A DNA stretch of 64,000 bases from Balanoglossus misakiensis (Eukaryota > Animalia > Hemichordata): contig CM082598.2 in the NCBI GenBank assembly GCA_040954595.2, positions 806,001-870,000 of the forward strand. The letters are read 5' to 3'. Position numbers and translations under genes: made by a program. Below the pieces are notes generated by a model. That model saw nothing but the letters and a program-made list of their open reading frames with translations, did not search any database and had not been told where the DNA came from. Position 1 is the stretch's first letter, and every line of letters begins with the position of its first letter. This document shows, in pieces, positions 38,101 through 46,654 of the stretch.

Positions 38101-41100
38101 ATGTTTTCAAATGCTGGCCATTTTATCAGCCATGAAATAGCCAGACATTGTTTATCCTAACATATTCAGCATTGCGTCCCAGAATGCAGCGATTTACCAT
38201 CATTCAACATTTCTTCCGTCAGTATATTTGATTCAGATGTGAATGGCTTTCCATATTTTCCAAGTAGTGTTTATGAACACAGCAATCATTTTGGCATCAG
38301 TAATGCATTCTGGGATGCATCAGGGGAGCTCTCAACTTCTTGCTCATTGGTTAAGACAAAATAACCCTTTCACCCCCATTCCATGTGTATTGGCCCCTAC
38401 CTTGGGGTTGAAAACACTTGGTCATACCAAATGGTGGTGCTGAAAGGGTTATTCCTCGCTAGTTTGCAGCATGTTTTAGTGTGCAACTACTGCTTGTGGT
38501 GTAAGTGGGCTCTTTATCAAATTTTCTGGTCTGTTTTCTTACTAACGAACCATTATTCATAAAAAAGTCATTAAGTTGCTGTAATTCTGTGTGAAATACA
38601 TGATAACAGTTTGTGTTATTTCATCCAATTCGTCTTCTGATTTGTTTCATCAAGTTGTGAAGTGTACATCGATGTATGTTGATTCAGGCTATAAATACAT
38701 TCCATCAAATGAAATTCTCATAATTGCTGTTTTTGACATTTCTTTAGTATTTTTGGTCTGAGTTACAACTAATGTCTCTGTACTCCTGAACAGTGTGGAA
38801 ATACCGAGTTTTTGATTTTTATTGTTTAGTACTTTTCCAGATATGAATTCAACTGTCAACAATAATAGTATATTAATGTAGTTGACATGCCAAATAAATA
38901 CTGGGTATTTCAACACGTTCAGTGAGTACATTTAGTTGATACACAGAACAGAAAAGCTAAACGAAATTGTCAAATTGTGTTTGGTTCTTTGGACTTTGAA
39001 GTAGCACAATACTACTGTTATCAACAGTTTTGTATTTTCTTTTAGAGAGTTGGTGGCGATTTTAGTCATTATTGTTTTGACACACAGGCCTTGTTCCAGC
39101 TCATGCAACAAGCGGCCGCTACAGGCAACGTCAATGCTTTCACAAATGTACATCAATTAGCAGGTAAGAATGAAATTACTTTGAATACAAGAGCCATAGA
39201 CATGCATGATTATTTTTAACTGAATATCCACTGTTTGAGAATAATAACATTTAACCCTTTCACCCCCAGTTCCCTCTTTAGAGGTCCAACCTTACCCTAG
39301 GAATCAATGGGTTTGGACTGAACCATGGTGGTGAAAGGGTTAAGATTTGCACTTTTGGTTGACCACTTGTTTAATAATTGAATGCATTTAAAGCTTGAGA
39401 CTATATTATGATCTGTATACATAACTGTATGCAGTCCAGCTAGGTAGTTTCTAACAGTGGCCCTAGAACAATGTGCCTTTTAACAAGCATGGTATTTCAA
39501 AGCTTTGAGTCAGCTTCTTTGTGTCAGCTCTAAACACCGTTACATATAATATGGATAATTTTCTTGCATTGCCATGTTTGAGTCAGTAGTGTGTCAAATT
39601 GGCTAAGGGGGGCAGATTGGCTTGGATGTGTGTAGACAGATACAGGTGTTTATGGTGATGGTGTCTGATCTTGGTGTTGAGTTTGGTTGTCTTTCACAAG
39701 GACAGATAGGTTGACAGTATTTGTGTCATTATTGATGTGGAGAGGTCTGTTATGGGGTGATACACGAAATACCGTGATCGAAACAATGCCAAGTGTGTGC
39801 AGGTCAGTTTATGCAAAGGTTTAGGTTGCTACAAGTGTTTAGGTCTGCGATATGTTAGGAGCAAGTTTTGATCTGTATTGTGAGTTCAGACCATACTAAT
39901 ATTTCATTCACATCTCCCACCATGGTTTTTAGAGAGGGCATGATGCATGGACTCAATTAATGCACTCAAATTTTTCTATCTTTGTTGCAGTTGTGACACT
40001 TCAGTAGTTAAAAACTGTAGTGCAATTTCTTGCATGTTGTTGATTGCCCAAGATGGTTTGCTGTGAAGTAAAAGATTTCTGTGTGTGTGTTCAAATCATG
40101 TCTGATGTGTTCCACTTCCCAGCTATGTTCATGGCTGAGGTCTGTGTAGCCACTCTGTTGCTGATAATTCAGTGCTTTCATGTGATGGGTGGGGGCTGGT
40201 TTCTGTCACTGTTTGATGTTTGTTTGTTTTGAGTGTTTATATTGTGTTGTTTTGTCTTTTTATGTTGTGTATTTCTGCCCACAATTTCACACATGATGGT
40301 AATGTTCAATTCTCCCCAAAGGACTGAAAAAATTATTCTTACTCAAAATCATTACATAGATACACAATTTATGCTTTGAGGGATATCACAAATTGGACAA
40401 TATTATGCCCCTTTGTATGACCCTGCATTCTGGAATGTTGCCATCAGGAGGTTGGCGGATATTTAAGTATGCTGGGTGTGAGATAGGGGATGTCTTGAAA
40501 AGTGCTTTGTGGATTACTTGAACATGTTGAGTTGATGAAATTTGGTCGTGTCAGAAACCCCAGTGTTTGTGTTTCACTCTTCCGAAAATCAAGTGTTGTG
40601 TTGATGATCTTTCTGACAGCCTTGAGTGCAATGGGTATGCCTCAGTTAGCCGCTCTGGCGACTGCAGCAGCTGCAGCCAACCAACAGCAACAGGTTGCGT
40701 CACCAAGTGCTGCGTCATCGGGGAGTACAAATGCCGCAATGTCGGGATTGTCTACGTCAGGTAGGCTTTGACAAATGCCTTCCCTTCTAGTGAGCCCTCA
40801 AGTTCAAGGTCAAACAGCCTTGCACCTTAATACACAAATCCTGTCGGCACTAACCCTTGCAGCTCAGCTTATGCAAAATCTGCATGTGTGTGAAAACAAA
40901 AAAAGTCTCTGTCTGTGTTTGAGGGCGCTTGTACCCTTGGACAGACATGGTTGCCTGCTTTCTTTCTTTCTTTCCTTCTCTCTGCCACTGCAAGCTTTCT
41001 AAGCATCTTGCAGAATCCCAATCCCATCACCTAACTTGCACAATTCCATAAATATACCCTACACATGCATGTGGTTTGAAGCCAATCCATGCAAACACAG

Positions 41101-44100
41101 GAACCCTTCTGCATACGCCGTAACCACTGCAGTGCATGTAGCCCCACAAATCCCATGATATCCTGCATGTAGTCTGTATATCCTACCTGCTGTCACATAT
41201 ATCCTATACATCCCCCCTTTGTATCCTGTGTGAGCAGTCACATCCTGTATATAGCCTGTCTAGTTGCATCCTTGCCTGTCCTAAGCATCACTGGTGTTTT
41301 GCTGATCAAAGTGGTCAGTGCCATCACCAGCCTCTTCGCCGTCTTTCCCCTTTCACCAGCATGGGTTGGTCCTTACTCCATTGCTTTCAGTAACAAAGCT
41401 GGACCTTTATACAGTGAAATGGGGGTGGTAGGGTTAACACTTGCCAATCAGGGTACTGTATGTAACTACCATACATGTATGTGTGCCATTGCAAGTGGTA
41501 TCGCCACTAATGGCATAAGCCCACCAAACCCACCTGTATCATTGCCAGTTGTTTGTAGCCCTATCATGATTTCCCCATGTATGCCATAATCTGCCGTAGC
41601 CACCTTGTTATATCTTGTTATATGTACCTACGTGTACCAGAGCTTATAACCACCTATGCCAACACCAGCTGCAGCTTAATTTTTGTCCTCCTCATGTTAT
41701 CACCAGCCATTCTATCTCTGCCACTCTGTTGTTACTTTCTATTATTTTACTTGAAGCCAGTTTGGTACAAAGAGAAGCTTGCCAAGGCCCTAACAGTAAC
41801 ATTCAGCCATGTGTCTTACAGCATATAATCAGTGCTTTACTGAGTCTGTGATTTAATGTACAAATGAAACAAAGTCAGTCTTGGGTTTGGCGTCTTTGGT
41901 TTTGGTGCTAGAATGTATGCATGTTAACAAAGACTAGCCTTACTTCATTGTTAATAATTGCACCTAAAAAATGGATCTGTTTTGAGTGACTTCTGATCTG
42001 TTCTTTTCATTGATCCGCCCCTCTCACTTTTCATCTGGCTTTCGTGATTTGATGCAGCATTGGTCGCTGCAGCCAGTCAGTTGCAGCAAGCTGCAGTGCA
42101 GGCTGCTGCTGCAGCCACATCAGGCAACACCACTGCTAGCACTGGAAACACACTCTCTTCATCAGGTGAGTTATGAAACAACACGCACACTTCTGACCCA
42201 CAAGATCACCATGGTTACACAAGTCATGGAAACACCTCTGCTGCTATCAGTGTGCATGCACTGAGCCTGCTGCATGGTTGGCTGTTCAGAGTAATCCTCT
42301 TTGCTGCTTGACTTGCCCAGGGACCTGCCTGATTTGCCCAGGGGCTTGCTTGCCCAGGGACCTGCTTGCTTTTCCCAGGGACCTGCTTCCTGCTGTTAAA
42401 GTGTTCACAGCTGATATTGTGCATGGCATGCATGATTGCAAGATGCACAATTGCAAGTGCAACTCAACTCCCTGTGCTGTGCACCCTGTAAACCCTCCTC
42501 GCTGTTTACATCATGTGTCTTATTTCCCCACCTCTCTTGTCTTCCCCCCTCCCATCCCCAAACTGTCTTGTCTGTTAGTTGTCTGTTCCAGTCCTGTAAT
42601 CCGTTCCATATCTTCCATTAACCCAAGTTCCATATGTAGAGACATACCAGTGATAATCAACCAATTTCCCTTCAAGTAATAACTGCTTTGCTTTCTTTTC
42701 CAGTACCTGGCAATGCCTAATTCCTACATCATTTATCTAATTACATTGTTAATATTTTTTTCCAGGGTAACGGTTTTGGTGACCGTGGTACACATTTTAG
42801 TTTAGCTTCAATTTCAATATTGTTCCAAGTTATTTGAAATGTACTAGCTGTGACTGGCCAGTGTTAAACAGAGTGTAGCTTTGTGTGTGTGTGTGTGTGT
42901 GCTGACTGCAATATTATAAATAGAGATGTAGAGAGGACAAAGCGGTCATAATTTGTGGATATTTTTCGCTATTTGTATAGTTATAATTCCGACTCCAATC
43001 GGCCAAAAGTCACATGAGCGTGTAGATCACAGATTTGATTGATGTTGTCAGCCATTTCACATTGGGGGAATTTTCATGCTCTTTTGTATAAAAAAAATGA
43101 TGAATGATCCAGTATATATGAGATTGTTACAAATATTGTTTGGTTGGTATTGTTAAGGCTATAAATGTCAGTATTTTGGTGTGTGAACATAAATCCATTA
43201 GTGCCATTTTTGGTATGTGGCAATTTCGTCTGCAGTTGAATTTCCCCGCCCGGCAGTGGTTATTTTTATTCCATCATTCTCTGTTCTCTGATCGGTTGAG
43301 GCTAGGCACTTGTCTTTGGAGCATCTAGTGTATAGTTTGAAAAACATGGCCGCATTCTTGGTTCTGAATTTGGGGCAACGAAGCGTATATAACCAACATT
43401 TCAGGGGACTGTACCCTCCAAGCTAATATGATACACCAGTTACTCAACAAATTGACTAATGGCACAAGAAGGTTACCCATATTACATGAAAAGGTATAAG
43501 GCTGATGCAAAGAAGTTGACTATGCAACTGTAGCTGGAAATATAATCGTGAGCCCTAATATACATTGTAATATTCCATTAATGCTAATTATCTCTCTGTA
43601 TCAGGTACATCCACAGCCACCAACACAACGAACACATTGCCAGCCGGACTTGTCACAGGTTTACAAGGACTCTCTGGATCCGCTGCCCTCACAGGTGACT
43701 CTCTCAAACATATACTCCGATAATGCATGTTTTGTGCTAAGATCCAAGGTGGTGTGCTGTAGCCAGTTACTGGTCAAACCCCCCACCTGAACTCGGCATG
43801 TGACTTTGGCTATAATGTTTCTAAAGTCCTTAGAAACACACATGTTAATGAGCATCACTTCCAGAAGACCTGAATTTGAGTGAATGTCCGATCACTGTGG
43901 TTGGCCTGAGTCCCAAGGGTGTCCTGTGTTAGTGGTAACTTACCCTGTCACCCCCAGTTCTCTCTATAGAGGTCCAACTTCGCCATGGAAACCATTGGCT
44001 TTGGACCAAACAATGATGGTGAAAGGGTTAAAAGCAAGGGTGTGGTGTATTCCAGGGTGTTGGTGATTAAATCCGGACACAGTCTTGATTATATCTCTGT

Positions 44101-46654
44101 GTTTTGTTGTTTTGTATTGTTGCTGTGTTGTGATGTGTTGTATTTGTCTTCATTGTAGGTGATGCTTGTGGCAGTATTACCAATTCTAACACCACTTCGA
44201 GTACAATGGCTTCTGGAGTAGCTGCTGGCTTGCAAGGTTTAACAGGAACACCAACTGGCTTGTCATCAGGTGACTATAGTTATGATGTCACCACTAAAAA
44301 TATCACAAACTTCATACAGTAGCCAAAACCCAATGATTTTGCCCTCATTTATAAATATAAGCGCTTTGAAAGAAATTTCCGTTATAGACCAAAACCATGA
44401 TATGGCAGCTACATTTCATCCAGAGAACATCAACAGATATTTGTTCATATTGTCAAGTATATGCTACGCGATACGCTGCCAGCGCCATTGCTACAATTGT
44501 GATTGGTCTAGAACTGTCACATGATATGCTAATTATGGTGTATGACCTGTGTTTCATCTAGGTTGTGATTTGTAATTTAGCCTGGTTTTGGTACAAGCTG
44601 TTCTCTCACTGTGCTCTGAAATTACTCTCCAAATTTTGTCGATTTCCGGATCGTCCAAATCCCCTCAAATATTGCAGCCGAGATGAAACATTGTGTGTCG
44701 CATATTCACTTGACGTGCCTTACTTGCTAACCTTTGTTGTTGCTGTACATCTTTTGAACTGTGGTGCAATTGTATAGGTGTATAATAAATAATGTTGTGT
44801 TTTACTAATTCAGTTATACTTGTAGAGTAACAAGGATTCAGAGATGTTGTGGTTTGACTTCTGTGCTATGTGAATCATAATGGCAGCTTGTTGAGTGTTT
44901 TACTAATAGTGATGTAATGTCATATGTAGTTACTGTAATTGTTTACTAAATGATATACACCAGAAGAGCCACACTTTGAAGGCTCTAGTAACATTAAATG
45001 TGAACTGTTTTCATTGTTGATATCATGGAATTCCAGTGACTGGAAATGTCATATGAGTTGGATGACTTTGACTGCATAAACCATGTTACATGTGACATGA
45101 AATATTGAACAAATATCACAACAACCTGTTGGTGCAATGCTGGGTGTGGACAGGACAGTTAACACGTGGACTTTCTGTTTAACCCTTTTACCACCATGGT
45201 TCAGTCCAAACCTATTGTTTTCTGTGGTAAAGTTGGACCTCTAAAGGGAAAATTTTAAGTGAGCAGATTCCAGATTGGTATGAATTTGCGAGTCTTGCGT
45301 GAGATTACTGTGTCAGATGTCAAGAGTAAGTTTTTTTGGGAGTTGTGAGTCTTTTCACTTGGCCATTTTTCTTTCCAGTGTTGCTATGGTTGCATTCTTG
45401 ATACATTGTATCCTTTTGTGCAGTCACCTGACCACTGTCTGTCGCTGTTCTTGAATTGCAGGTCTTGGTGGAGGCATGTCTGGTGTTGGAAGTGGAATGG
45501 CTGCTCTCAATGGATTGGGTGCCACAGGGTTGAATTCCAATGTAGGCAGTGGTGTAGACATAAATGCCTTAACCCAAGCTTATTCAGGGATACAACAGTA
45601 TGCAGGTAAATCTTACAGGTCAATGGCTATTCAATGATTTTATATGTACTCCAAGTATTGTTTGATGCAATCCAGTGAGAGACCGTTTCACAACTGTTTC
45701 CATCTTCCTTGGCATTGCAGCTCAGTTCCAGAATGGTTTTGGTGGTGTCAGTGCCTTCCAACAGGCCAGTAACAACAAACAGAAAGAAGGTGAGATTGAC
45801 AGACATTGAAATAGTTCACTACTTATTTGTCAGACAGGATGCAATCTCAGTTGGATTCAGTCTGTCCCTTCATCTACACAGGCACATTAGTTTATTTGTG
45901 ATCCAATCCAATATGGCCACTTGGCGGCCATTTTGTTTTGAATTCTGAATGTCTTGAGTCCTTACATAGACATGCCTGAGCATATTTCCAATGGGAACAG
46001 CGTTATTGATGTTTTGTTTTGGAAATTGGTTTCTACTACTAGGTCCAGAAGGTGCCAATCTGTTCATCTACCATCTGCCACAAGAGTTCGGTGATCAGGA
46101 TCTGATGCAGACTTTTGCACCATTTGGTAATGTTATCAGTGCAAAGGTTTTCATCGACAAGCAGACCAACCTCAGCAAATGCTTTGGTAAGAATCTTTGT
46201 AACATCTGTGTTGTGATCAATATTTCTGTCTGTAGCTGTCAAGGAAGAACTTCATGTGTGAGATCGGAGAACACAGAACATGAAGTTTCTCTATTGATCT
46301 CTGGTTGTAATTCTTGCAGTACAACAAACCCTTGGTAATGTCCACCCCAAACAGCTATGATGACATTATGTTAGGTTTCCACTCCATGTGGAAGTTCCCC
46401 TGTCAAGTGTTGAATCGCGAGAAGTCATGCTTTCAGACGAACCCCAAAGCTGGGGCTTAGTGTGAGGGTCCATGGTATTCACATACGAGAGGACATACTA
46501 CAATTATAGTCTCGTCTCCGATGTAGGTTTTGTCAGCTATGATAACCCAGTATCAGCTCAAGCTGCCATCCAAGCCATGAATGGCTTCCAGATAGGAATG
46601 AAACGTTTGAAAGTACAGCTGAAGCGCTCCAAGGAAGCCAGTAAGCCTTATTAA
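35160..46654 (+). CDS. CELF2: CUGBP/Elav-like RNA-binding protein, CELF1/2 subfamily (three RRMs)
   Basis: Exons 35160-35337, 35452-35534, 36375-36423, 36539-36670, 36941-37020, [37195-37329 | 37702-37857], 39088-39163, [40620-40760 | 42058-42165], [43605-43694 | 44159-44269], 45462-45605, 45721-45789, 46043-46186, 46527-46654. Diagnostic peptides: [79 protein letters not shown]...KPY*. Likely pro-orthologue of both CELF1 and CELF2. Confidence 0.96.
36249..36334 (+). mobile_element. piggyBac-type MITE copy 1 (forward, left end eroded)
   Basis: TTTCACCACCATGGTTTGGTCCAAACCCATTG...GGGGGTGAAAGGG-TTAA. Confidence 0.8.
37195..37329 (+). CDS. CELF alternative exon Xa (duplicate of Xb)
   Basis: CAG|GGCTGT acceptor; encodes [26 protein letters not shown]...; phase 0-0 if the GTTTGT donor at 37330 is used (donor inferred). 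Confidence 0.75.
37702..37857 (+). CDS. CELF exon Xb (canonical end of RRM2 and start of linker)
   Basis: [22 protein letters not shown]...GTLAPQYLA; TAG acceptor, GTAAGA donor, phase 0-0. Confidence 0.92.
37943..38031 (-). mobile_element. piggyBac-type MITE copy 2 (reverse)
   Basis: CCTTTCACCCC...GGTCCAACTTTAC...CCATGGTGGTGAAAGGG-TTAA. Confidence 0.85.
38362..38451 (-). mobile_element. piggyBac-type MITE copy 3 (reverse, internally diverged)
   Basis: TAACCCTTTCACCCCC...TGAAAGGGTTA termini and the same length as the other copies. Confidence 0.7.
39251..39343 (-). mobile_element. piggyBac-type MITE copy 4 (reverse, complete, TTAA on both sides)
   Basis: TTAA-CCCTTTCACC...GGTGAAAGGG-TTAA; 85 bp between the two TTAA. 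Confidence 0.9.
40620..40760 (+). CDS. CELF linker exon Ya
   Basis: [25 protein letters not shown]...GLSTS; phase 1-1, 141 nt; resembles vertebrate GLNAMQLQNLAALAAAA. Confidence 0.85.
41348..41437 (+). mobile_element. piggyBac-type MITE copy 5 (forward)
   Basis: CCCTTTCACCAGCATGG...GCTGGACC...GGGGGTGGTAGGG-TTAA. Confidence 0.8.
42058..42165 (+). CDS. CELF linker exon Yb
   Basis: [23 protein letters not shown]...TLSSS; phase 1-1, 108 nt; GTGAGT donor. Confidence 0.8.
42305..42395. repeat. Minisatellite, ~4 copies of an ~18-22-bp unit (TTGCCCAGGGACCTGC core)
   Basis: CCCAGGG occurs four times at short regular spacing. Confidence 0.8.
43605..43694 (+). CDS. CELF linker exon Za
   Basis: [30 protein letters not shown]; phase 1-1, 90 nt; GTGACT donor. 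Confidence 0.8.
43940..44031 (-). mobile_element. piggyBac-type MITE copy 6 (reverse)
   Basis: CCCTGTCACCCCCAGTTC...GAGGTCCAACTT...GGTGAAAGGG-TTAA. Confidence 0.85.
44159..44269 (+). CDS. CELF linker exon Zb
   Basis: [37 protein letters not shown]; phase 1-1, 111 nt; GTGACT donor. Confidence 0.8.
45179..45250 (+). mobile_element. piggyBac-type MITE copy 7 (forward, right end truncated)
   Basis: TTAA-CCCTTTTACCACCATGGTTCAGTCCAAAC...AAAGTTGGACCTCTAAAGGG. Confidence 0.85.

Noticed and set aside
41014-41830. C-rich segment with several short ORFs as additional CELF coding exons
   Set aside because: All frames after the candidate acceptor stop early and no CELF-like peptide results; treated as intron.
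36249-45250. Dispersed ~90-bp repeats as a CRISPR array, tRNA-derived SINE or snoRNA cluster
   Set aside because: Irregular spacing, both orientations, no A/B boxes or poly(A) tail; the TTAA-flanked terminal inverted repeats fit a DNA-transposon MITE.
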